DNA of 64,000 nt from Eledone cirrhosa. Its lineage: Eukaryota. Under the pieces are notes generated by a model. That model was not told where the DNA came from, did not search any database, and saw only the letters and a program-made list of their open reading frames with translations. The DNA lies in assembly GCA_964016885.1 (NCBI GenBank), contig OZ024743.1, positions 1,674,001-1,738,000 of the forward strand. Reading direction: 5' to 3'. The position numbers and the translations under genes are program-made. This document shows positions 1 through 10,902 of the stretch, one piece after another. The first letter of the stretch is position 1, and each line of letters opens with the position of its first letter.

Positions 1-109
1 TGAGGCTTGCTATATTCTTTGTCTGGGTGTAAAATAAAGATTCACGCTGAATCTTTCCGAGTATTACTTTAAAGGTACACGTGTCTATGGAATGCTCAGT
101 GATTTACAC

Positions 110-780
110 CATAATGGTTTCTAATTTAGACACAAGGCTAACAATTTGGGGGAAGGGAAAGTCAATTAAATCGACACCAGTGCGTTACTGGTACTTTATT
201 TTATCGACCTTGTAAGGATGAAAGGCAAAGTTAACCTCGGCAGGATTTGAACTCAGAACGTAAAGGGCCGTAACTTTATGTCGCGCGACCCTGTAAGGAT
301 GAAAGGCAAAGCTAACCTCGGCGGGATTTGAACTCAGAACATAAAGGACCGTAACTCTGTGCCGCGAAGCAAGGTGTCCGGCACTCTACCGATATTGCCA
401 ATCAAACATAATGGTTTCTTATATAGGCACAAGGCCAGCAATTATCTCAGTGTATTGCTGGTACTTTATTTTATCGACCCCGTAAGTATGAAAGGCAAAT
501 TTAACCTCGGCGGGATTTGAACTCAGACCATAAAGGGTGGTCACTCTATGCTGCAAAGCATGGTGTCCGACTCTCTACCGATACTGCCAATCCATTGCCA
601 ATCAAACATAATTGTTTCTATTTTAGGCACAAGGCCAACAATTATGTACTGGTACATCACTGGTACTTTATTTTATCGACCCCGTAAGTATGAAAGGCAA
701 AGTTAACCTCGGCGGGATTTGAACTCAGATCATAAAGGGACGTAACTATGCTAGAAAGCATGGCGTCCGACCCTCAAACA
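110..780 (-). mobile_element. Cluster of about 4 head-to-tail partial copies of a tRNA-derived SINE (cephalopod-type)
   Basis: Repeated GGATGAAAGGCAAAGTTAACCTCGGCGGGATTTGAACTCAG; the reverse complement contains a B-box-like GAGTTCAAATCC. The same family recurs throughout the window. Confidence 0.85.
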
Positions 781-1268
781 TAATGCAAGGTAGAATGTAC
801 CTGTAATTTCGAGGGCCAGTTATGTCACACACATTACGTCACGCTGAATCTCCTTGAGATTTACAATAAGAGTACACGTGTCTATGAAAAGCTCAGCTAT
901 TTACACGTTGATTCTATGAGAAGGCTGTTACGTTGACCCCCCCCCCCCAAAAAAAAAAAAAACTTACCCAGCCATCGTCGAAACCGATGGAGGTCGATTC
1001 GTCAGCGTATAACAACTGAAATTAAAAACGCAACTATTAGCTGAGAACACACGACGCTGTACAAAGTCTAAGGTAAATAAACTGATCTCTTGTATTGTTT
1101 TTATAGCTTTCGTTTATCATGAAATGCTGTCCCGCTACACGTGATTATACACGTGGAAACACACCGTAGAACATATACAGATATATAGGCATACATATAC
1201 ACATACGTATACAGATATATAGGCATACACACACATATACATATACAGATATATACAGATATATAGGC

Positions 1269-1311
<43 letters not shown>

Positions 1312-1664
1312 CGTGTGTGAGCATATTCCACAGGTGGTATGGCGCATGATTCTGATATTCTCAGACATGACATCCTTAATATAATTTTGGTACTATACAT
1401 ATATACATACACAGTTATATACATATACAGATATATATACACATACATATACAGAGCTATAAGCATACATATACATACACACATACACACATACATAAAA
1501 CCATTCATTCACACATACACACATCCATAGATACTTGCATAAATCGTACGTACGTGAATGCGCACACACATATACTGTGTACATCTATACACACACACAC
1601 ATATGCACATTCGTACACGCATACGTACAAACACACACACAAATACTTATATATACATATAAGT

Positions 1665-1942
1665 GTGGAGGTGTGGTGTGGCCTAGCGGTAAGGGTGTTG
1701 AACTTACGATCATAATGTCGTGGGTTCGATTCCTGGGTTGCGTGTTGTGTTCTTGAGCAAAACACTTCATTTCACGTTGCTCCAGTATACTCAGCTGAAA
1801 ATGAGTACCAGCAATAGCTGGAGGTTTAACCCTGCGATGGACTGGCGTCCTGTCCAAGGGGAAGTCTTGTACTCTCAGTCGCTTCATACCATGAAACTGG
1901 AATAAGCATCGGCCAAATTAGCCTTCTGGCTAAAGACGGAAT
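1665..1942 (+). mobile_element. tRNA-derived SINE of a second family (CORE/V-SINE-like body)
   Basis: A-box-like TGGCCTAGCGG and B-box GGTTCGATTCC, followed by GTGTTCTTGAGCAAAACACTT and CCTGCGATGGACTGGCGTCCTGTCC typical of SINE central domains. Confidence 0.8.
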
Positions 1943-2202
1943 TATTATACATGGAAGTACATATACACGTCCACTCATATTGTATCTCGCCTCAGGATTA
2001 ACGTCCGAACTAATTTCTTTTCTCTCTCGCCTAATGTTATTTTGTGTACCGAATTTTTTTTTAAATCACTTTTCGTTCTTAGTTGAAGTATACTGGTTTG
2101 TAGTATGTTCTTTTTTCGATTATATTTGCGTCATTCGTCGAAAGACACACTATGTCCTGTATTACAGTCTCCTGTCCTGTTACAATCTCGTGTGCGCTGG
2201 AA

Positions 2203-2501
2203 CAGCGGTCGCCAACCGGTGGTCCGAGAGAAAATTCTGGTGGTCCGCAGAAAAATTTGGACATTATTTGCAATTTCTTTGTTTTATTAATAATAAAACA
2301 AAAATAATATTCGGTTAAAATATATTTTATAAACCCCTAAAAAATGTTTTAATAGGTGCATTTCATATGATTAAAATGGAAGTTCTGTCATCATTATTTT
2401 ACAAATGTATTTATCTTTTTTAAAAATTCCTATTAGGGGTCTGCGGGTTTTATAATTATGAATTCAGTGGCCCGTGAGGGCCGAAAGGTTGGCGATCGCT
2501 G
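2203..2501. mobile_element. hAT (Charlie-like) MITE
   Basis: TIRs CAGCGGTCGCCAACC / GGTTGGCGATCGCTG; perfect 8-bp TSD CGCTGGAA (2195-2202, 2502-2509). Confidence 0.9.
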
Positions 2502-2669
2502 CGCTGGAAGGAATGATATGAACTTTAATGCACCGAAACCATAAGGATTCCCAGCAGTTGACTGATGAGAAAGGATATGTCCGTGTTTTCTCTGTTGTCT
2601 TTGTTTTGTGCGCATTTTTAATTTATATTCACACACACACACACACAGACACAATCAGAGTTGTCTTTA

Positions 2670-3944
2670 TTTACAGTCCACAACACCATTGAGGCCTATT
2701 TTGTGTTTTACTCAGTCAGTTTTTAATTAATGGTGCAAAAGAAAGATCTCAACAAGCTCAACAAGTTTTAAATGGGTTTAAACACCCATTTAAAACTTGT
2801 TGAGCTTGTTGAGATCTTTCTTTTGCACCATTAATTATTTTTTCTCTTCCCTCCAGATCAAAAGTTATGGAAAGAAATGAAGAAAAGGACCAAGTTGAAG
2901 ATCGTGTTTTGGAGCTGAGAAGAAAAAGAAGACAGGGAAATATTGTTTCTTACACTCCCAAGAAAAAGCACAAGGTTGTGGATAAACTATTTATCGAATT
3001 TGTGGAGAGTTTGGTGAAAACAAAATCGATCTAGGAACCTTACCAAGGAGGAGAAGTTAGATATTCTCTCTGTACAAGCCAAATGTCGTCATGAACATGT
3101 CATGCTACACAGTAATAAGAGACCTGGACGAATGTAGAAGAATGCAGATGCCACGAACCGTACTGCGAATGTCCTTAGTTGAAATAATTAACTCTGCACT
3201 GAAATCTGGACCAAATTTGTTGAGACTGGAGAAAAATTTTCGGAGCAGAAGATGACACCACAAGGATCGTGGAAGAAGGCTCAAATGCAGGCGGCATGTC
3301 GAGAACGTGAGATTCCATTGGAAGCAGGAGATCTGAACTGTGTGCTATGGGAAAAGCTGAGGGAGTACAGCAAACTACACAACTTTCCAGTCGTTTGTTC
3401 CATGGCAAGAGAAAGAGATCATGAGGTCATCTTTTCTCCACCGCATCATTCCAATTTGCATCCAATCGAGCTCGTATGGGCATTGTCAAGGGAGAAATGG
3501 GAAGACAGTACACCACAAACACCACCTTCGAGTAAGTGCTGGAATAACTATGCATCATTTCAGAATCTCGAGAGCAAAACAGTCTAAGGATGCATTAACA
3601 AGGTTAATTCTTATCTGAACAAGCTTTACGATCTTATTAGAGCCATTGAAGACGATGAAGAATCCGAAGATGAAGTCAGTGATGGTGAAAGTGATACTTC
3701 AGGCAGTAGTGATAAAGATAACTTCAATAAATGATAAAATACACTACTTATGTTCCTGCTTTCTTTTATTTTCTCTCAAAACCGAAAAACGATCATAACT
3801 TTTGAACCAGAATTGCAAAACTACCAAATTATAGTCTATTCTACCCGTCAAAGCTATATTTATCTCGCCATAACATCAAAGCATTGTGTAAAAAAACAAA
3901 AAACAAAAAAAAAAAACGGCTTCAATGGTGTCGCGAACTGTTAA
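2670..3944 (+). mobile_element. Decayed IS630/Tc1/mariner-superfamily DNA transposon with transposase pseudogene
   Basis: ORF 3252-3587 has HEVIFSPPHHSNLHPIELVWA (DDE_3-type PxxSPxLxPIExxW motif). It continues after a frameshift as IVKGEMGRQYTTNTTF and an acidic tail. Degenerate ~30-bp TIRs: TTTACAGTCCACAACACCATTGAGGCC and GGCTTCAATGGTGTCGCGAACTGTTAA. Confidence 0.75.
2724..2837. repeat. Perfect 54-bp-arm palindrome inside the DNA transposon
   Basis: 2724-2777 is the reverse complement of 2784-2837; 6-nt loop. Confidence 0.9.
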
Positions 3945-4416
3945 GTGTTTATTTAATTGTGAGTGTTGATTTTGAACCATATCAATGCATACTACCATAT
4001 AAGCAGTATTAAGCACTCCACATCGTTGAACACGACGGCGTATTGTTGTACAAATAAACCTTAAGATAATACTGTGTTAACGTATGTATGTAAGGCGGCG
4101 AAATGGCAGAATCGTTAGAACGTCGGATAGAGTGCTTTACGGTATTCACCTCCTTTCTCTCACTCTTTATCCTTCTTTGGAAGAAATCTGCTGTACTCGG
4201 GCCCGGAGAGAGGATGTGCTCCACCAGGTTTTAAAATGCCCCCAAAAGACACCGTATATCAATATAACACCACACGACTTCCTGGGAAGTTATGGCTCCA
4301 TGCCATGCCATGTCATTTATGTATGTATTTTGTCGGTTGTGTTGTGTCCGGGGCGAAAACCACACTGTTTGTCATGTAGCTTGGACTCGGCAATCTCTCT
4401 GCATCTCTTTACATAC

Positions 4417-4449
<33 letters not shown>

Positions 4450-4479
4450 TGTATGTATGTATGTATGTATGTATGTATG

Positions 4480-4511
<32 letters not shown>

Positions 4512-4617
4512 AAAACCATGAGACAGGTTGTACTGGGATACATGTTACCAGTAGCACCAACTGGTGACCTGACACAATATACATACATACATATATATAT
4601 ACATACATATATATTAT

Positions 4618-4650
<33 letters not shown>

Positions 4651-4695
4651 CATACATATATATATTATATACATACATACATACGTACATATATA

Positions 4696-4727
<32 letters not shown>

Positions 4728-4759
4728 CATATATATATACACATACATATATATATTAT

Positions 4760-4790
<31 letters not shown>

Positions 4791-4805
4791 CATACATATA
4801 TATAT

Positions 4806-4840
<35 letters not shown>

Positions 4841-5027
4841 TATATACATACATACAGATATATCTTCAGTGACTGGGGATTCCTTTCTTTGTTTCTGTGC
4901 CTCTCCTTTGTTCTGTCCTACGCCATTTTGTTTCTTATTGGCAACATGACCCTCCCAAAGTATAACAATATCAGTTTCAACACACGATTTCAGATAAAGA
5001 ATCTTGCTAAACAAATTCAGAAACGAA

Positions 5028-5060
<33 letters not shown>

Positions 5061-5458
5061 TATATAGGAGATGAATAAATTGAGTATAATACCAGTTTCT
5101 TTTCAAATGCGAAGAAAGGCTATAGAGCATAATTTTTTCCACCACCTGTATATATATAATTTTTATATATATAATTGTATATATATAATTTTTGAAAAAA
5201 ATTGTATATATACAGTGGCGGTGGAACAGGGGGTGGGGTGGCATGACCCCTCCAATAATTATATCTTCTCTAGAAACTACCAAAACACACATCTATTTGC
5301 ATATGTGCTACAATTTATGTACATGCTATGTTTATCGCATATCGTTATGTTTATCACATAAGTTTCCTGACCATTTTAGAGTGCAAAGAGCTAAACTAAT
5401 CACGACGACTAAATTGTCCAAATTTACCCCTCGCCCCATTCAGCAATACTTCCACCGC

Positions 5459-5558
<100 letters not shown>

Positions 5559-6155
5559 AGAAGCAAAAAATTGCTTATTGTGATCCAGTTTTTGGTTAAG
5601 AAAGCCAGTTTCATGGATGGTTTCAACGTACGGTTAGGGGTAACTCCACAAGTGTAAGAATTCCGTTCAATCTTGGAGTATAAAGTATAAAAGAGAAAAC
5701 ACAGGTAAGCATTAAGAGAAGGATTTTATCCAGGTATTTACGACCGTTTCATTGGTAAATGCAACCTTATATTGCTATACTGTAAATAGCAGCCACTCAA
5801 TTATAATTGTTGTTCACAGTCCAAATTTTCAAAATAGTAAGTTACTCTTGAAATAATTCTTAATATATAGAGAAACACATTTATTTGGAATTGTATTTAC
5901 TAGTATAGAGAGAAAGGAATCAGGAGGTGAGGGGACAGACGGCATAGTATAGAGAGAGAGGAAGTGGGAAGAGGTAGGAAGTAGAATGACAAACTGAGAT
6001 GGAGGGAGGGGTAGAGGTGGAAGGATTCTTTGGTCAGTTTTGATAGCAGACATCATGTCGTGGAGTGTAGTGAGTTAAAGAGAATTAAATAGATAATAGT
6101 GGGAGGGATGCATAGAGAGGGAGACAGCGAGAGGGGGGGGGGGAGATATAAAGAG

Positions 6156-6266
<111 letters not shown>

Positions 6267-6473
6267 TGTTAAGTTAAAGTGTACATCTACATATGTATAC
6301 GGAAGTATTAGTATGCATATAAATACATATACATATGTAGATGTACACTTTAACTTAATTGTTTAAGCGTCAGTCATACAAAAGTGAGTTAGAAGCGAAA
6401 CGAAATTTAATTTCGTTTCGTTATTTGTTTTTATCGTTTCCGCTGAACCGGTGCGTACAATGACTCACGTTCT

Positions 6474-6520
6474 ATGCAAATTAGTCTACCCACTACTAAT
6501 TTTCATAGAAAAAGCATATA
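6474..6520 (+). promoter_or_regulatory. Putative snRNA/U6-type promoter module (octamer, PSE-like TAATTTTCATA, TATA-like box) of family A
   Basis: ATGCAAAT at 6474-6481, TAATTTTCATAG, CATATA at 6515-6520; same spacing in families B and C. Confidence 0.55.
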
Positions 6521-6566
6521 ACGATATCTGCTTTTACAATTCTCCAGAGAAGCCGGAAGATGGGTA

Positions 6567-6611
6567 AATATTGCTGATGAGATGTAATAACATCGAAACT
6601 AGTCCAATATT
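6567..6611 (+). ncRNA. Type I hammerhead ribozyme (family A copy 1)
   Basis: AATATTG-CTGATGA-GATG TAATAA CATC-GAAA-CTAG-TC-CAATATT: stems I and II, intact core, palindromic stem III, GUC site. Confidence 0.93.
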
Positions 6612-7035
6612 CCTGTCTGGCCCTCTGGAGAATAGAGGAAATGTGTTTCCTTGAAAACTCGTATGACTCTAAAACCCGGTCCGCCTGTGTGGTTACATAC
6701 AGACTAGCTGACACTCACTGTAAAGTGTCTAGTGAAAAGCTGAGTACATGTACATATGTATACATGTGTGTATTTATATGCATACTAATACTTCCGTATA
6801 CATATGTAGATGTGCACTTTAACTTAATTGTTTAAGCGTCAGTCATACAAAAGTGAGTTAGAAGCGAAACGAAATTTAATTTCGTTTCGTTATTTGTTTT
6901 TATCGTTTCCGCTGAACCGGTGCGTACAATGACTCACGTTCTATGCAAATTAGTCTACCCACTACTAATTTTCATAGAAAAAGCATATAACGATATCTGC
7001 TTTTACAATTCTCCAGAGAAGCCGGAAGATGGGTA

Positions 7036-7080
7036 AATATTGCTGATGAGATGTAATAACATCGAAACTAGTCCAATATT
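7036..7080 (+). ncRNA. Type I hammerhead ribozyme (family A copy 2)
   Basis: Identical to 6567-6611. Confidence 0.93.
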
Positions 7081-7365
7081 CCTGTCTGGCCCTCTGGAGA
7101 ATAGAGGAAATGTGTTTCCTTGAAAACTCGTATGACTCTAAAACCCGGTCCGCCTGTGTGGTTACATACAGACTAGCTGACACTCACTGTAAAGTGTCTA
7201 GTGAAAAGCTGAGTACATGTACATATGTATACATGTGTGTATTTATATGCATACTAATACTTCCGTATACATATGTAGATGTGCACTTTAACTTAATTGT
7301 TTAAGCGTCAGTCATACAAAAGTGAGTTAGAAGCGAAACGAAATTTAATTTCGTTTCGTTATTTG

Positions 7366-7418
<53 letters not shown>

Positions 7419-7495
7419 TACATATACATACATATATATATAAGTATGTCTGTATACGTACATACATATATGTATACAGACGTACAGTAGCATGC

Positions 7496-7526
<31 letters not shown>

Positions 7527-7677
7527 CAGGTACACATACATATATGTACGTATCAGTTTAGCGGACGCTTATTATAACGCCCGCTTTGTTCGTTTGTAAA
7601 CAAACTGAACAGCCTGAATTTATGCCGTACGGTGTTAAGGCAACCACGTGACCTTTTTGTTCAACACTGACACAGGA

Positions 7678-7720
7678 ACGATGTACTAGTTTCAAGCTTG
7701 TTAGCTATCATCAGCACCGT
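7678..7720 (-). ncRNA. Type I hammerhead ribozyme (family B)
   Basis: Reverse complement ACGGTG-CTGATGA-TAGC TAACAA GCTT-GAAA-CTAG-TA-CATCGT; GUA site. Confidence 0.9.
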
Positions 7721-7952
7721 ATACCCTTCTGCCAGATGGTTGAACGTTCGAAAGTATATACTTTCCTTATGAAAATTAACGGCTGAGCAGCCTAATTTGC
7801 ATATCGAGTGAGTTCGGCCAGGCGTACCGAGAACGATAAGTTGTAATAAAATGAAAACGAAATTTCATTTCTCCCTCTTAGTACGGCACTTACTTAAATG
7901 TAAGTATGTATGTATACGTACATACATATATGTATACAGACGTACAGTAGCA

Positions 7953-8012
<60 letters not shown>

Positions 8013-8163
8013 CAGGTACACATACATATATGTACGTATCAGTTTAGCGGACGCTTATTATAACGCCCGCTTTGTTCGTTTGTAAACAAACTGAACAGCC
8101 TGAATTTATGCCGTACGGTGTTAAGGCAACCACGTCACCTTTTTGTTCAACACTGACATAGGA

Positions 8164-8206
8164 ACGATGTACTAGTTTCAAGCTTGTTAGCTATCATCAG
8201 CACCGT
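8164..8206 (-). ncRNA. Type I hammerhead ribozyme (family B)
   Basis: Same motif, intact core. Confidence 0.9.
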
Positions 8207-8252
8207 ATACCCTTCTGCCAGATGGTTGAACGGTAAAACGGCAGAAGGGTAT

Positions 8253-8295
8253 ACGGTGCTGATTATAGCTAACAAGCTTGAAACTAGTACATCGT
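8253..8295 (+). ncRNA. Type I hammerhead (family B), core variant CUGAUUA, probably inactive
   Basis: ACGGTG-CTGATTA-...-GAAA-CTAG-TA-CATCGT; conserved G8 changed to U. Confidence 0.8.
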
Positions 8296-8443
8296 TCCTG
8301 TGTCAGTGTTGAACAAAAAGGTGACGTGGTTGCCTTAACACCGTACGGTATAAATTCAGGCTGTTCAGTTTGTTTACAAACGAACAAAGCGGGAGTTATA
8401 ATAGGCGTCCGCTAAACTGATACGTACATATATGTATGTGTAC

Positions 8444-8526
<83 letters not shown>

Positions 8527-8676
8527 TGCTACTGTACGTCTGTATACATATATGTATGTACGTATACATACATACTTACATTTAAGTAAGTGCCGTACTA
8601 AGAGTGAGAAATGAAATTTCGTTTTCATTTTATTACAACTTATCGTTCTCGGTACGCCTGGCCGAACTCACTCGAT

Positions 8677-8746
8677 ATGCAAATTAGGCTGCTCAGCCGT
8701 TAATTTTCATAAGGAAAGTATATACTTTCGAACGTTGAACCATCTG
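8677..8746 (+). promoter_or_regulatory. Putative snRNA/U6-type promoter module of family B (present in each complete unit)
   Basis: ATGCAAAT at 8677-8684, TAATTTTCATAAG, TATATA at 8719-8724, 21 nt, GGCAG at 8746. Confidence 0.55.
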
Positions 8747-8758
8747 GCAGAAGGGTAT

Positions 8759-8801
8759 ACGGTACTGATGATAGCTAACAAGCTTGAAACTAGTACATCG
8801 T
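8759..8801 (+). ncRNA. Type I hammerhead ribozyme (family B)
   Basis: Intact core; one stem I mismatch next to the core. Confidence 0.85.
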
Positions 8802-8952
8802 TCCTGTGTCAGTGTTGAACAAAAAGGTGACGTGGTTGCCTTAACACCGTACGGCATAAATTCAGGCTGTTCAGTTTGTTTACAAACGAACAAAGCGGGC
8901 GTTATAATAAGCGTCCGCTAAACTGAAATGTACATATATGTATGTGTACCTG

Positions 8953-9046
<94 letters not shown>

Positions 9047-9278
9047 TGCTACTGTACATCTGTATACATATATGTATGTACGTATACATACATACTTACA
9101 TTTAAGTAAGTGCCGTACTAAGAGTGAGAAATGAAATTTCGTTTTCATTTTATTACAACTTATCGTTCTCGGTACGCCTGGCCGAACTCACTCGATATGC
9201 AAATTAGGCTGCTCAGCCGTTAATTTTCATAAGGAAAGTATATACTTTCGAACGTTCAACCATCTGGCAGAAGGGTAT

Positions 9279-9321
9279 ACGGTGCTGATGATAGCTAACA
9301 AGCTTGAAACTAGTACATCAT
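9279..9321 (+). ncRNA. Type I hammerhead ribozyme (family B)
   Basis: Intact core CTGATGA...GAAACTAGTA. Confidence 0.9.
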
Positions 9322-9472
9322 CCCTGTGTCAGTGTTGAACAAAAAGGTGACGTGGTTGCCTTAACACCGTACGGCATAAATTCAGGCTGTTCAGTTTGTT
9401 TACAAACGAACAAAGCGGGCGTTATAATAAGCGTCCGCTAAACTGATACGTACATATATGTATGTGTACCTG

Positions 9473-9550
<78 letters not shown>

Positions 9551-9782
9551 TGCTACTGTACGTCTGTATACATATATGTATGTACGTATACATACATACT
9601 TACATTTAAGTAAGTGCCGTACTAAGAGTGAGAAATGAAATTTCGTTTTCATTTTATTACAACTTATCGTTCTCGGTACGCCTGGCCGAACTCACTCGAT
9701 ATGCAAATTAGGCTGCTCAGCCGTTAATTTTCATAAGGAAAGTATATACTTTCGAACGTTCAACCATCTGGCAGAAGGGTAT

Positions 9783-9825
9783 ACGGTGCTGATTATAGCT
9801 AACAAGCTTGAAACTAGTACATCGT
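9783..9825 (+). ncRNA. Type I hammerhead (family B), core variant CUGAUUA
   Basis: Same G-to-T change as the copy at 8253. Confidence 0.8.
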
Positions 9826-9976
9826 TCCTGTGTCAGTGTTGAACAAAAAGGTGACGTGGTTGCCTTAACACCGTACGGCATAAATTCAGGCTGTTCAGTT
9901 TGTTTACAAACGAACAAAGCGGGCGTTATAATAAGCGTCCGCTAAACTGATATGTACATATATGTATGTGTACCTG

Positions 9977-10051
<75 letters not shown>

Positions 10052-10286
10052 GCATGCTACTGTACGTCTGTATACATATATGTATGTAGGTATACATACA
10101 TACTTACATTTAAGTAAGTGCCCTACTAAGAGTGAGAAATGAAATTTCGTTTTCATTTTATTACAACTTATCGTTCTCGGTACGCCTGGCCGAACTCACT
10201 CGATATGCAAATTAGGCTGCTCAGCCGTTAATTTTCATAAGGAAAGTATATTCTTTCGAACGTTCAACCATCTGGCAGAAGGGTAT

Positions 10287-10329
10287 ACGGTGCTGATGAT
10301 AGCTAACAAGCTTGAAACTAGTACATCGT
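10287..10329 (+). ncRNA. Type I hammerhead ribozyme (family B)
   Basis: Intact core and stems. Confidence 0.9.
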
Positions 10330-10480
10330 TCCTGTGTCAGTGTTGAACAAAAAGGTGACGGGGTTGCCTTAACACCGTACGGCATAAATTCAGGCTGTTC
10401 AGTTTGTTTACAAACGTACAAAACGGGCGTTATAATAAGCGTCCGCTAAACTGATACGTACATATATGTATGTGTACCTG

Positions 10481-10544
<64 letters not shown>

Positions 10545-10546
<2 letters not shown>

Positions 10547-10902
10547 ATGTTAAAACTAACTTAAATTCTTTTAACTATGTTGGTTACACCTCGACAGAAT
10601 TTAAACTTCGCTATAATAATCATAAGAATTCTTTCACAGATCCAAACAAAAAATCTTCAACTTCATTATCAGGCTTACTCTGGCAACTTAAACATGATAA
10701 CGTTGGATATTCGATGTTTTGGAATATAGTCTCAACAGGGATTCCTTTTAATTCCTCATCTGAGACATGTGACCTCTGTGTGGAGGAGATATTCTTTATA
10801 TTAAAATCTAAAAATTCCCTTAATTTAAGGAGCAATTTATTCAGTTGCTGCAGACATAGATTGAACTCAACGTTTAAATATAAATATAAATTTAAAATGT
10901 AG
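10545..10902 (+). pseudogene. Penelope-like element 3' fragment (GIY-YIG endonuclease C-terminal half)
   Basis: Frame reads YVGYTSTEFKLRYNNHKNSF...LWQLK...CDLCVEE...LN.RS.LFSCCRH. Confidence 0.85.

Larger units (their letters stand above)
6269..7367 (+). mobile_element. Retrozyme-like tandem array, family A (469-bp unit, about 2.2 copies, short 5' inversion)
   Basis: Near-identical units 469 bp apart, each with a hammerhead; 6269-6335 is an inverted copy of a unit segment; flanked by (TA)n. Confidence 0.85.
7440..10490. mobile_element. Retrozyme-like tandem array, family B (~504-520-bp unit with internal (TA)n); about 2 units on minus, then about 5 on plus
   Basis: Near-identical units; polarity flips at about 8233-8240; each unit has an octamer/TATA module, a hammerhead and further hairpins. 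Confidence 0.88.

Noticed and set aside
1675-1745. tRNA-like A and B boxes
   Set aside because: No complete cloverleaf and continues into a SINE body; SINE head rather than tRNA gene
6496-10421. Repeated identical short ORFs (MSASLYV..., [12 protein letters not shown]..., MKTKFHF...)
   Set aside because: By-products of the tandem units, mostly antisense to the hammerheads, with no domain similarity
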